NCBI GenBank assembly: GCA_016845065.1
Contig: JAERTG010000114.1
Span: 3,243 to 67,242, forward strand
Source of the DNA: Fidelibacterota bacterium
GTDB taxonomy: Bacteria > Fidelibacterota > UBA8477 > JABMPR01
Length of the DNA stretch: 64,000 bases
Direction: 5' to 3'
The notes beneath the pieces are model-generated. The model saw only the letters and a list, made by a program, of their open reading frames with translations, did no database searches and was not told where the DNA came from. This document shows positions 36,392-45,649 of this stretch, one piece after another. The stretch's first letter is position 1, and every line of letters begins with the position of its first letter. The position numbers were made by a program, and so were the translations under genes.

Positions 36392-36503
36392 CTCAGGTCT
36401 AGCTCATAATGTAGACTGGACAGATATGAGGTCAATATGTAATTGCTTCAGTCACATATTACCTATTACTGACTAATATCCAGAAAAATTTAATGTCTGT
36501 CTC

Positions 36504-38285
36504 CTAGAGAGCTCCCTGCATCCGTTTTACAAATTCCTCAGCATTCTCGTAACCTGTTGAGCGAAGAGAGGTAATCTCATGACCATTGTTCATGAAGATA
36601 TACGAGGGGACTCCCTTAATGGAGTACTCCTGTTGAAAATATTTCTCGAACTCACCAGAGTCTTTAGTCATGTCTATTTTGATGGCAATAAATTTCCTTG
36701 AAAGATTCACTACCCCCTCATCAGGAAAGGTGAGTTTATCCATTTCCTTACATGGGATGCACCAATCTGCATAAACATCAATCATGATGGGCATATTCGT
36801 ATCCAGGAGTGCATCTAGCTCAGCCTGGCTGGTTGGATGCTGCCAGTCAATAGCTTCCCCGCCGTGTTCTGGTTCTGGGATACCCATCCAGGTACCAATC
36901 ATTATAAGAATAATAGCAATAGCCTGCTTGATCCGGTTGAATCCAAGATTTCCTTCTGCACTATTATCAAACATGATGAGATAGACACCTGAGCCGATGA
37001 GAAATATTGACATGACCAGATTTCCCCAGTCTCCTAGAAGGGGCATAATGAAATAAATAGCCATCGCGATAAGCACCAACCCAAAAATGACTCTCACACC
37101 AATCATCCAGGTCCCTGATCGAGGTAGCGATGAAAGCTTGCTGGAATACATGGCGAGAAATAGATATGGTAGACCGAGACCCATGGCTAATGTGAAAAAC
37201 ATGCTGAAGCCAAGAATCACACTCTGTTGCGCTGCTACGTAAGTGAGTAGACCAATCACAAACGGGCCAACACAGGGTGCAGCTACGATTCCTAAGGTTA
37301 ATCCCATGAAGAATGAGCCAAAAATACCTGCTTTAGATTGACTTGCGGCCGTCATCAATCCAGTGGGAAGTCTAAACTCGTAAACACCAAACATGGAGAG
37401 TGATAACCCGACCAAAATGGCAGCAATTCCTATCAAGACAATAGGATTGGTAAGCAAAGCCCCAAATAGGCCACCACCCAACGCTGCCACAACGCCAAGA
37501 ATAGAGTAGGTAACAGCGATACCCAGGACGTAGGCTAGAGCCATCCAAAAAGTACGACCCTTACTACTATCCTGCCCACCAAAGAAGCTTATGGTGATGG
37601 GGATTAATGGATAAACACAAGGTGTCAGATTCAAGGCTAATCCACCAAAGAAAATGATAAAGAAGGTTAGAAAAATGCCATACTCATCAACTAAACCTGT
37701 AATTTCATCATCTTCATTCTGACCAGCAGAAGACATTTCAGTTTGAGGAACTAATTGCTGGAAGTGCTTAGAGTGGGTTGCCTCACGGTGACTATCCTCA
37801 TCCACTACGGGCAGTAGATACGAAAAATTAACAGCATCAGGGATGAGACATTTGGTATCATCGCAAGCTTGGTAATAAACCTCACCTTCAATTTGGATTG
37901 AATCTGAAATAGTCTCATTCAATTCCAGCACAGTCCGCAAAATGATACGACCACCATAAACTGCAGCAGGCTCTACAACACCGGCTACTGATATCATCTC
38001 AGCCTTTGGATAGATCCATTCCCCCACCTGATAGGGTTTTTCCTCAACAAAAATGGAGGGTGAGACGGGGATGGTGAACTCGTCGTTGCCCACAGGAGCA
38101 TATAAATGCCAGGGATGATGAATATCAACGATTAAGGCTACATCAAGTGTCTCTCCTGCAATCGCTGCACTTTGACTCGAGACTAATTCTACTGTAATTA
38201 TTTCCCCAGGTTCCTGCTGACCCCAAAGGCTCAGAGAAAAAAGAACCAGTATGACAGCTATCAACAGTTTGATAGATTGGCGCAT
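36504..38285 (-). CDS. dsbD: thiol:disulfide interchange protein DsbD-like
   Basis: N-terminal domain with ACDDTKC. Membrane core with TPCVYPLIP and AAPCVGPF. C-terminal thioredoxin fold with WCIPCK. Confidence 0.85.
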   Translation of the reverse strand: MRQSIKLLIAVILVLFSLSLWGQQEPGEIITVELVSSQSAAIAGETLDVALIVDIHHPWHLYAPVGNDEFTIPVSPSIFVEEKPYQVGEWIYPKAEMISVAGVVEPAAVYGGRIILRTVLELNETISDSIQIEGEVYYQACDDTKCLIPDAVNFSYLLPVVDEDSHREATHSKHFQQLVPQTEMSSAGQNEDDEITGLVDEYGIFLTFFIIFFGGLALNLTPCVYPLIPITISFFGGQDSSKGRTFWMALAYVLGIAVTYSILGVVAALGGGLFGALLTNPIVLIGIAAILVGLSLSMFGVYEFRLPTGLMTAASQSKAGIFGSFFMGLTLGIVAAPCVGPFVIGLLTYVAAQQSVILGFSMFFTLAMGLGLPYLFLAMYSSKLSSLPRSGTWMIGVRVIFGLVLIAMAIYFIMPLLGDWGNLVMSIFLIGSGVYLIMFDNSAEGNLGFNRIKQAIAIILIMIGTWMGIPEPEHGGEAIDWQHPTSQAELDALLDTNMPIMIDVYADWCIPCKEMDKLTFPDEGVVNLSRKFIAIKIDMTKDSGEFEKYFQQEYSIKGVPSYIFMNNGHEITSLRSTGYENAEEFVKRMQGAL

Positions 38286-38300
38286 GATGTTGTATAATCC

Positions 38301-39233
38301 TTACTCTTTTGAGTTGATCTCTCTACTGAAGAGATTTTTCATCCATCCCCGTATAGGATGTCTTCTTTGATACCAAGCTTTCTCAAAGGTTACGCGTCGT
38401 TCATCAAAAGCTTCTATCCCAAGATCCACAAAAGCCTCCCGCTGGTCATATGCCGACCAATGTACACCTGGCATTTCCGGAAGTAAAAGTACATCAGCTT
38501 CCCGATTCAACATGTCGCGATAATGACACGAGCGTATATTTTCACTTTGACTCATAATTGCCATTGCATTGTCCATATCAGTTATGGGATTGATATCCTG
38601 TCCCACATCTACAGCCAAGACAAAATCTGCTCCCATCTCGCGGGCCATGCGGATTGGCACCTGCTGAGAAACTCCACCATCTACCAGTGTTTTGCCTTCA
38701 TGGTAAACTGGTGGTAAAAAGCCAGGAATGGCAATGGAAGCCATGACCGCAGGAAGTAGTGGACCCTCAGTAAAATAGACATCTTCACCTGAGTATAAAT
38801 CTGTGGAGACAATCCCCAGCCTGGTGCCAGAATCAAACCATGAGTCCTCTGTTATAAGGTACTTTATGGCATCTTCCACCCGATCGGGCCGTACCAAGCC
38901 TGGTTTTGAATGAGCGAGGTTGATGACAATCCTATCTTGAATTGCAGAAGAAACCTGATGCCAGAAGGACTCACCCCCCCTGGCTTTCACATTAATCAGA
39001 TGCATCCCCAGTTTACTAAAGGGCTCGCTTCTGGTCAGTTCATCAAGTGCTTCCCAGGTGGCTGCAGCACTACCTGTTTTGATATAGGCCGCCGCCACCA
39101 ATGCACCCATGCTGGATCCAGTTATAAAGTCAGGTCGAATCCCGATTTCATCCAGACGCTGGAGGACACCAATGTGAGCAAACCCACGAGCTCCCCCTCC
39201 GCCGAGTGCCAGACCAAAGCTGGGACGGCTCAT
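38301..39233 (-). CDS. patatin-like phospholipase
   Basis: GGGGARG oxyanion motif, GSSMGA nucleophile elbow (G-x-S-x-G) and a DGG aspartate motif (LVDGGV). Confidence 0.85.
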   Translation of the reverse strand: MSRPSFGLALGGGGARGFAHIGVLQRLDEIGIRPDFITGSSMGALVAAAYIKTGSAAATWEALDELTRSEPFSKLGMHLINVKARGGESFWHQVSSAIQDRIVINLAHSKPGLVRPDRVEDAIKYLITEDSWFDSGTRLGIVSTDLYSGEDVYFTEGPLLPAVMASIAIPGFLPPVYHEGKTLVDGGVSQQVPIRMAREMGADFVLAVDVGQDINPITDMDNAMAIMSQSENIRSCHYRDMLNREADVLLLPEMPGVHWSAYDQREAFVDLGIEAFDERRVTFEKAWYQRRHPIRGWMKNLFSREINSKE

Positions 39234-39236
39234 AGG

Positions 39237-39836
39237 TTATTTCTGGTAGTCTTCTGATGAAACCATGCTGGTTTTCAAGATGGTTACTGGTTCAAGAGGA
39301 TTGTCTCGAGGATCACATTCCAACTTTGCGATTTCATCCACAACATCCATACCCTGTATAACATTTCCAAATACTGTGTAGTTACCATCGAGTTGTGAAA
39401 GGCGAGACAAGCAAAAGTAAAACTGACTACCACTTGATAATTTATCAGGGTTACCCTGTCCAGTTCTGGCTGCCCCAACTGTTCCTCTCAGGTGAGGTTG
39501 TCCAATTTCAGCTGGGATTCTTTCACCAATCCCACCTGTACCGTCATCAGATTTATCCTGATTATCACGTGTCAGTGGATCACCACCCTGGACGACGAAA
39601 CCTGGCATTACTCTATGAAAGTAGATACCCTCAAGTGAACCCTCTTCTGCAAGCTTTTTATAATTTGCTGCATGGAGAGGCGCTTCGGCTTCGTAGAGAT
39701 CAATTATGATAGTGCCCTTTGAAGTTTCCATTTTGATGTATTCATCTGCGGGGACTTTTTCTTCTTTACTACATCCAATCATTACCGCAAGTACCAACAG
39801 GACGAGTACAATTTTTGTTAGGTTTAAATTTTTCAT
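39237..39836 (-). CDS. cyclophilin-type peptidyl-prolyl cis-trans isomerase, lipoprotein
   Basis: FHRVMPGFVVQGGDP and SQFYFCL motifs. Signal peptide with a MIGC lipobox. Confidence 0.9.
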   Translation of the reverse strand: MKNLNLTKIVLVLLVLAVMIGCSKEEKVPADEYIKMETSKGTIIIDLYEAEAPLHAANYKKLAEEGSLEGIYFHRVMPGFVVQGGDPLTRDNQDKSDDGTGGIGERIPAEIGQPHLRGTVGAARTGQGNPDKLSSGSQFYFCLSRLSQLDGNYTVFGNVIQGMDVVDEIAKLECDPRDNPLEPVTILKTSMVSSEDYQK

Positions 39837-40609
39837 TTTTTCTCCACTTCAATTGGTTTTAATGGTTGATCCTGTCTTGCCAGGATAATTTCCAGATCCC
39901 GTTCCAGTCTCTTTGAAACCACAGACATGGCCAGATCGGGATCATTATTTTTCTCGCTCAGATGAGCTAACATAACTCCATTCAAACTACCTAATTCCGC
40001 CAATAATGCTATGAACTCAGCACTATCCTTATTACTCAGGTGACCCACTCTACTATCCACTCTTGCTTTTAAATGTGGAGGGTAAGGTCCATTCCACAGC
40101 ATATCACGATCATGATTGGCTTCCATGACCAGAAAATCAGCCTTTCTCATAGCCAGGAAATTGTCCTCAGTTACTGCTCCAAGGTCAGTTAAATATCCCA
40201 GACTCACACCATTGCTCTCCACCAGAAACCCTGTCGAACTGGCCGAATCATGTAGCGTAGGAACGCTGGTTACCCTGAGTGATCCCAGCTCCATTTTTTC
40301 TTTCATTTCGAAGTGACGCATTCTCTCATTACCACTGAATTTCCGATGACCGGCACGTTTGGTTGCTGGGTGCATCAGTAGTGGTACTTTATGACGTCTG
40401 GATAGAATGCTGGCTCCTTTTATGTGATCACCATGTTCGTGGGTAATTAAGCAGGCCTCCAAATCGTCAGGTTCAAGTCCTACCATCTGCATACGTCGGC
40501 GGATTTCAGCACCGCTGAAACCAGCATCTATAAGAATCATGGTATCTTCATTTTGCACGACGCAGGCATTTCCGCCACTACCACTACCTAACATGAACAG
40601 CTTCAGCAT
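39833..40609 (-). CDS. MBL-fold metallo-hydrolase
   Basis: THEHGDH (HxHxDH) motif and the N-terminal LGSGSGGN pattern. It overlaps the PPIase start by 4 nt. Confidence 0.8.
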   Translation of the reverse strand: MLKLFMLGSGSGGNACVVQNEDTMILIDAGFSGAEIRRRMQMVGLEPDDLEACLITHEHGDHIKGASILSRRHKVPLLMHPATKRAGHRKFSGNERMRHFEMKEKMELGSLRVTSVPTLHDSASSTGFLVESNGVSLGYLTDLGAVTEDNFLAMRKADFLVMEANHDRDMLWNGPYPPHLKARVDSRVGHLSNKDSAEFIALLAELGSLNGVMLAHLSEKNNDPDLAMSVVSKRLERDLEIILARQDQPLKPIEVEKK

Positions 40610-40806
40610 TTGGTGACATCAACCCTTCGCATTAATTGTAGACAACCCATGATTTTCAAATTAGGATGTCACTGAGCCAATTCAACTAAAAACTACCCTA
40701 GAAAAAGTTCCAAACTGATTACCCCCCTCTTTCACTTCAGCTCTAAATTCTTATATTCTCAAAAACTGTTGGCAAGGAGCGGAGCACACTTTTAAACTTA
40801 CACGCC

Positions 40807-41385
40807 ATGTCGCAATTGGAATTTTTCAAACCACCTACCAAAACACCAAGTCGATCTGAGGTCGCCCTCATCGGGGCAACCCTGAATTTCCAGATAAAAC
40901 TAATACTGGCTTTGTCGGCTAAGGATGCTGATCAGATCATTAAGATTTCTCAAGGTCTGATAAAGCCATTTGGTGCAGCAACAGCCTTTACCAAAAAGAC
41001 TGTATGGAAGTATTTTAATCACCCCCACACCCTCCCCTTTGTTGGTGTATTGCGGGATGAAATAATCGGTTTCCTCGTTGGAGTTCCATTGGAGAATTTT
41101 AGTGATGAACAGTGGGCTACGCTTGATCCCACATTAGGTGACCACGAAACCATCTATACTTATGCCTTTATTTTTGAAGAGAAACACCAGGGTCAGGGCT
41201 ATGCTAAAATGTTGAAAAAAGTATATTTAAACTGGCTCAAGAAACGTGGTTACGTATATGTTTCAGGACATGTCCGTGAGGGTGTTTCCAGTAAATTTTC
41301 CTTACACACACGAGTCCTCCAAAAGTATCCCAATTGGCACGATACTGGCAAAGTCTTCGAATACTATCAGCGACCATTACGCTGA
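40807..41385 (+). CDS. GNAT-family N-acetyltransferase-like protein
   Basis: IYTYAFIFEEKHQGQGYAKMLKK resembles the acetyl-CoA-binding motif A (Q/R-x-x-G-x-G/A). Confidence 0.5.
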   Translation: MSQLEFFKPPTKTPSRSEVALIGATLNFQIKLILALSAKDADQIIKISQGLIKPFGAATAFTKKTVWKYFNHPHTLPFVGVLRDEIIGFLVGVPLENFSDEQWATLDPTLGDHETIYTYAFIFEEKHQGQGYAKMLKKVYLNWLKKRGYVYVSGHVREGVSSKFSLHTRVLQKYPNWHDTGKVFEYYQRPLR

Positions 41386-41426
41386 CCCTATTGACTGAAC
41401 CAGATTAACATTTCCTCGGAGGTTTT

Positions 41427-42323
41427 GTGTTCAATAAATTGATCGTCACCCTCATGCCACTGGCTCCCAAATTCATCGTTAAAATGATCTCAAAACGCTA
41501 TATAGCTGGTGAAGATACTGCATCTGCAATGGTCACCTGTCAGAAACTGAAAGATCAGGGATTTTTAACTACAGTGGATATTTTGGGTGAATCTGTAACG
41601 TCGAATGAACAAGCACTGGAAGCACGGGATTCTTATCTAGATCTCATTACGGAAGTCTCAAAAAATAATATCGCCAAAAATATCTCCCTGAAGCCCACGG
41701 CAATGGGTCTGGGTTTGTCTGCAGATCTGGCCAATGAATATATTGCTGCTATTGTTAAGAAGGCGAACGAGGCTGGCGTGTTCATCCGTATTGATATGGA
41801 AGATTCTCCATATACTGATCAAACCCTCGAAATGTACGACCGCTTGAGATCTCAATACCCTCAGTTGGGAACCGTGATTCAAGCATATATGCACCGAAGC
41901 CTTGACGATGTAAAACAAATCGCGGCAACAAAGGGGAATCTGAGAATCTGCAAGGGTATCTATAAGGAGTCCCCACAGATTGCGTACCAGGATGCAGATG
42001 AGATCCGTCAGAATTATCTTAAGTTGGTGAAGGAGATGCTGGTGAGCGGTGCCTATGTGGGTATAGCCACACATGACCCCGTTCTGCTTGATGGCTCTCT
42101 TCAAATCATTAATGACCTAAAAATATCGCCAGATAAATATGAATTCCAGGCACTCCTTGGCGTCCCCATCGTGAAAAGACTTGAGGAGTTGACCAGTAAG
42201 GGGCATCGAGTCAGAATTTATGTCCCTTTTGGTAGTGAGTGGTATGCATACTCCAGCAGACGTCTCAAAGAAAATCCCGATGTGGCAGGATATGTGTTAA
42301 AGAATCTATTCGTGACGAACTGA
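41427..42323 (+). CDS. proline dehydrogenase family protein (monofunctional)
   Basis: Length and segments (LKPTAMGL, IRIDMEDS, VIQAYMHRS, ICKGIYKE, GIATHD) match the PutA-type ProDH barrel. GTG start. Confidence 0.8.
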   Translation: MFNKLIVTLMPLAPKFIVKMISKRYIAGEDTASAMVTCQKLKDQGFLTTVDILGESVTSNEQALEARDSYLDLITEVSKNNIAKNISLKPTAMGLGLSADLANEYIAAIVKKANEAGVFIRIDMEDSPYTDQTLEMYDRLRSQYPQLGTVIQAYMHRSLDDVKQIAATKGNLRICKGIYKESPQIAYQDADEIRQNYLKLVKEMLVSGAYVGIATHDPVLLDGSLQIINDLKISPDKYEFQALLGVPIVKRLEELTSKGHRVRIYVPFGSEWYAYSSRRLKENPDVAGYVLKNLFVTN

Positions 42324-42718
42324 TGTCGGAACCGAATCAAATCCTATTAGATAGTAAGACCATTGCAGTGGTCGGGGCATCCCCCAACCCTGCGCGACCC
42401 AGCCACTGGATTAGCAAATATTTAATGTCTGAAGGATATACTGTGATACCCGTGAATCCGGGACACGATGAGCTGTTTGGTCTGACTTGCTATCCCGATG
42501 TTGAAAGTATCGAGTCAGAAATTGACATTGTGAACATTTATAGAAGATCGGATCAGGTTTTACCCATAATCGTGAGTGCACTAAAGAAATCTTCTATCAA
42601 AATGGTTTGGATGCAGGACAATGTTTACAACGAAGATGCAGCCAGTCTAGTTGAAGAAGCAGGTATTCCAGTTGTGATGAATGATTGTATCTATAGGGTC
42701 CACGAACAGATTAAGTAA
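42323..42718 (+). CDS. CoA-binding domain protein (YccU/YneT-like)
   Basis: KTIAVVGASPNPARPSHWISKYL ... GYTVIPVNP is the hallmark N-terminus. The ATG overlaps the ProDH stop (TGATG). The track ORF has 28 spurious upstream codons. Confidence 0.8.
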   Translation: MSEPNQILLDSKTIAVVGASPNPARPSHWISKYLMSEGYTVIPVNPGHDELFGLTCYPDVESIESEIDIVNIYRRSDQVLPIIVSALKKSSIKMVWMQDNVYNEDAASLVEEAGIPVVMNDCIYRVHEQIK

Positions 42719-42726
42719 TGGCATTG

Positions 42727-43593
42727 TCAGGAGGAGCGCTGGCCCCAGTTAAGCTTCTTTCGCAACTTCTCGTAAAATGTGTTGTCCGGTGTAACTACCA
42801 GTTGAATTCTATAAGAACTGGGACGTATTCTAATACGAATTGTGCCATCGATATGCCTGGTGTTTTTACCATCGATATGTAGATGGGCCAAACCATCAGG
42901 ATTACTCAGTTTTACATAAATACTATTGTCACCTGTTAAAACAACGGGACGAACAGATAATGTGTGGGGTGAAATGGGGGTAATTGAGATGGCCTCCAGA
43001 CTGGGATCCATAATTGGACCTCCAGCAGATAGAGCATAAGCAGTAGAGCCAGTTGGTGTGGAAAGAATAAGTCCGTCAGACAAGTATCGATTGAGTAATT
43101 CCTCTTCTACCCGAACTTCAGTCGCCAATAAGTTGAATACATCGGCTCGTTCAACAACTACATCATTTAATGCCCAGAGTGTCTCCTCAGAACCATCCTC
43201 AAATTCCAGGCGGCAATTCAGAACCATGCGTTCTTCGATGCGATAATGACCTCTTAAAATATCATCAAGTCCAGATCGCCAATCCCGTTCTAGGGTGGTC
43301 AGGAAACCTAAACTGCCCAGATTAATTCCCAATATAGGGATAGGTGTTCGCATAACAGCCTGGGCTGAAGAAAGCAAAGTTCCGTCTCCTCCTATTGATA
43401 TGATAAAATCTGTATCACGGGGGATATCATTTTCATTGATGATGTTTACTTCAAGATTGTCACACTCGATCTGTCGGGCAAAGCTATCTAACATGAAGAG
43501 TTCATGCCCTTCATCGATTAATTTGCTAAGAATCTCTCCGACATACGATTTTATCTCTTCGTCGCTCTGAAAACCCCAAATAGCAAATTTCAT
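42727..43593 (-). CDS. nadK: NAD+ kinase
   Basis: GGDGTLL motif, NLGSLGFL and the conserved TPTGSTAYALSAGGPI segment. Confidence 0.92.
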   Translation of the reverse strand: MKFAIWGFQSDEEIKSYVGEILSKLIDEGHELFMLDSFARQIECDNLEVNIINENDIPRDTDFIISIGGDGTLLSSAQAVMRTPIPILGINLGSLGFLTTLERDWRSGLDDILRGHYRIEERMVLNCRLEFEDGSEETLWALNDVVVERADVFNLLATEVRVEEELLNRYLSDGLILSTPTGSTAYALSAGGPIMDPSLEAISITPISPHTLSVRPVVLTGDNSIYVKLSNPDGLAHLHIDGKNTRHIDGTIRIRIRPSSYRIQLVVTPDNTFYEKLRKKLNWGQRSS

Positions 43594-43611
43594 TTTATCC
43601 CCGATAAAGCC

Positions 43612-43836
43612 TTATTCCATGGATTGTTTTTCAAAACCACCATCTGCGGTCCTCACAAGCTTATCAATCTTCTGCCTGGCAGAATCTAAACGATCACGAC
43701 AGAGGTGGATCAGTTTTAAAGCACGTTCGTTATGCTTGATGGCATCATCTAGCTTAAGATCTTCACCTTCCAGTTTGGAAACTAAAGTCTCAAGTTCTCC
43801 CATGAGTTCTTCAAATGATTTGTCTTTCTCACTCAT
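43612..43836 (-). CDS. xseB: exodeoxyribonuclease VII small subunit
   Basis: 74-aa helical protein (FEELMGELETLVSKLE ... L-L-D) immediately downstream of xseA. Confidence 0.85.
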   Translation of the reverse strand: MSEKDKSFEELMGELETLVSKLEGEDLKLDDAIKHNERALKLIHLCRDRLDSARQKIDKLVRTADGGFEKQSME

Positions 43837-43867
43837 AATTAAATTTAGAAACTCCCTCTGGTTAAGG

Positions 43868-45091
43868 TCACTTTATTTTTCTTTTTTTTACTTTGCTGGA
43901 AACTGAGCTTACTTCCCCATCACGGAGACGCATAGTGATTTCTGTACCATTCGTCACTTGCTTAATTGAACGAATCAACTCTCCGTCGACACCACTGATA
44001 ACTGCATATCCCTTTTCAAGGATATTGAGTGGGTTTAATGCCTCTATGGATACAGATAAATTGTCCAGCCGAGCGGTAAGTTTAGAAATTATATCCTGTG
44101 ATGATCGAATTGAGCTATCTTCTAACTGGTCCAATTTCTGGTGAGACTGTTCAATCATCAATTCAGGTCGTTTAAGTGCATAAGATCTTGAAACGGAATC
44201 TAATCGCTGCGCATATTTTTCAATTTTACCCAGCATGTTGGTTTGCAAGGCCTGCTCGACCTGACTAAACCATCTAATGAGTTCTGTGCTATCGGGGACA
44301 ACAAGCTCTGCAGCAGCAGATGGTGTTGGTGCACGTTGATCGGCTACAAAATCAGAAATGGTCGTGTCTGTCTCGTGCCCAACCGCACTGACGATAGGTA
44401 TTTTTGAATTCGCTATTGCTCGTGCAACGATTTCTTCATTGAAAGCCCACAAATCTTCGAGAGATCCGCCTCCTCGACCGACAAGCAAAACCTGACATTC
44501 ATTCAGTTCATTAAAACTATCAATGGCTGATGCAATTTCATTTGCTGCCCCCTCCCCTTGAACCTTTACGGGAATGACCACCAACTCAGTCAGAGGGAAT
44601 CGACGACTAAGAATGTTAATTATATCACGAATAGCTGCACCGGTGGGCGAAGTTACGATTCCTATTTTTTCCGGATATGCTGGTAGCTGTTGCTTGAGAG
44701 AAGGATCAAAAAGACCTTCAGCATGAAGTTTTTTCTTCAGATTCTCAAATGCAAGGTGAAGATCACCTTGACCGGCAGGTAACATTTGATCCACGACCAA
44801 CTGATATCTACCCTGAGGGGGATAAACTGAGATTCTACCATGGGCGGTAATCTCCATCCCATGTGTTGGTTCGAACCTGACACTCACATTCTGGCGCTTA
44901 AACATGACACTGCCCAATTGAGCACCACTGTCCTTCAAACTGAAATACCAATGACCAGAGCTATGGCGGGTTAGATTTGAGATTTCTCCCTTGACCCATA
45001 CTGATGCGAATCCCTTTTCCAGAGTGTGTTGGATGTGACCCGTAATTTGGGAAACTGAAAGTGTGTTGGTGAGCTCGGGTGATTGAGCCAT
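43868..45091 (-). CDS. xseA: exodeoxyribonuclease VII large subunit
   Basis: N-terminal OB-fold pattern (VWVKGEISN ... SGHWYFSLKD), GIVTSPTGAAIRD and RGGGSLEDLW motifs. Confidence 0.92.
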   Translation of the reverse strand: MAQSPELTNTLSVSQITGHIQHTLEKGFASVWVKGEISNLTRHSSGHWYFSLKDSGAQLGSVMFKRQNVSVRFEPTHGMEITAHGRISVYPPQGRYQLVVDQMLPAGQGDLHLAFENLKKKLHAEGLFDPSLKQQLPAYPEKIGIVTSPTGAAIRDIINILSRRFPLTELVVIPVKVQGEGAANEIASAIDSFNELNECQVLLVGRGGGSLEDLWAFNEEIVARAIANSKIPIVSAVGHETDTTISDFVADQRAPTPSAAAELVVPDSTELIRWFSQVEQALQTNMLGKIEKYAQRLDSVSRSYALKRPELMIEQSHQKLDQLEDSSIRSSQDIISKLTARLDNLSVSIEALNPLNILEKGYAVISGVDGELIRSIKQVTNGTEITMRLRDGEVSSVSSKVKKRKIK

Positions 45092-45103
45092 AGGATTTTT
45101 TAG

Positions 45104-45142
45104 AACAAAAAGAGGGTGACGGAACTGGTTCCATCACCCTCT
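45104..45142 (-). terminator. strong intrinsic terminator after the micro-ORF
   Basis: On the minus strand, AGAGGGTGATGG-AACCAGTT-CCGTCACCCTCT forms a 12-bp stem with one G-U pair, followed by TTTTGTT. Confidence 0.85.
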
Positions 45143-45163
45143 ATATAAAATTTTAAGAAAGTC

Positions 45164-45259
45164 CTAACGGATCTTTTTCTTCTGTCGGTTGGAGCGTAAA
45201 CGCTTCTTGCGTTTATGTGTTGCGATCTTACGCCGTTTCCGTTTTTTTCCACAAGGCAT
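45164..45259 (-). CDS. 31-aa highly basic protein, bS22 / AURKAIP1-COX24-like small ribosomal-protein candidate (not in the ORF track)
   Basis: My translation is MPCGKKRKRRKIATHKRKKRLRSNRQKKKIR*. GAGGAG SD 7 nt upstream of the ATG, and a strong terminator 22 nt after the stop. It lies downstream of the HU gene. Confidence 0.6.
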   Translation of the reverse strand: MPCGKKRKRRKIATHKRKKRLRSNRQKKKIR

Positions 45260-45341
45260 GTAGCTTCTCCTCTTTCAATGCGGCGCGAATATAAGAGTCC
45301 AACCATAGTCCACAAAGTAATTTTATCGTCGTAATACTTAG

Positions 45342-45635
45342 CTATTCTCTAGCCATAAGTGAATCATTTACACGATCGCGGAGTAAGCGAGAGGGCTTAA
45401 ATACAGGGACGTAGCGAGCCGGTAAGTTGACCGCTTCACCTGTTCCAGGGTTCCTGGCTTGCTTGGGAGCACGTTTTTTAACTCCAAAACTTCCAAATTT
45501 TCTAAACTCAACCCGACGACCATCGACCATTGATTCAGCCAGAGTTGTGAGAAAAGCATCTATCACAGCCTCCGTCTCAACTTTTGTCAAACCGGTCCCG
45601 CCTGAGATGATATCCACCATATCTGCTTTGGTCAT
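45342..45635 (-). CDS. hup: HU-family DNA-binding protein
   Basis: MTKADMVDIIS ... LTKVETEAVIDAF ... FGSFGVKKRAPKQARNPGTGEAVNLPARYVPVFKPS is the classic HU/IHF pattern. The start is trimmed from the track ORF, which overlaps sppA. Confidence 0.9.
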   Translation of the reverse strand: MTKADMVDIISGGTGLTKVETEAVIDAFLTTLAESMVDGRRVEFRKFGSFGVKKRAPKQARNPGTGEAVNLPARYVPVFKPSRLLRDRVNDSLMARE

Positions 45636-45649
45636 GCTAGTCTCCTTTG

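Noticed and set aside
38301-39233. The patatin-like phospholipase as a possible CBASS-type defence effector
   Set aside because: No cyclic-nucleotide synthase, SAVED, TIR or other sensor gene is adjacent. The neighbours are housekeeping envelope genes (DsbD, cyclophilin). It fits better as a stand-alone lipid hydrolase.
36504-40609. The DsbD / patatin / cyclophilin / MBL-hydrolase run as a possible functional system
   Set aside because: The genes are tightly spaced and may share a transcript. However, they are individually common housekeeping functions, and I can support no mechanistic link between them.
40610-40806. The 197-nt divergent intergenic region as a possible structured ncRNA or riboswitch
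   Set aside because: I could find no convincing conserved-looking helices or known riboswitch core sequences by eye. It most likely holds divergent promoters.
45100-45315. 71-aa minus-strand ORF from the track
   Set aside because: It runs straight through a 12-bp-stem terminator and has no SD. The 31-aa basic ORF in another frame, with its own SD and terminator, explains the region better.
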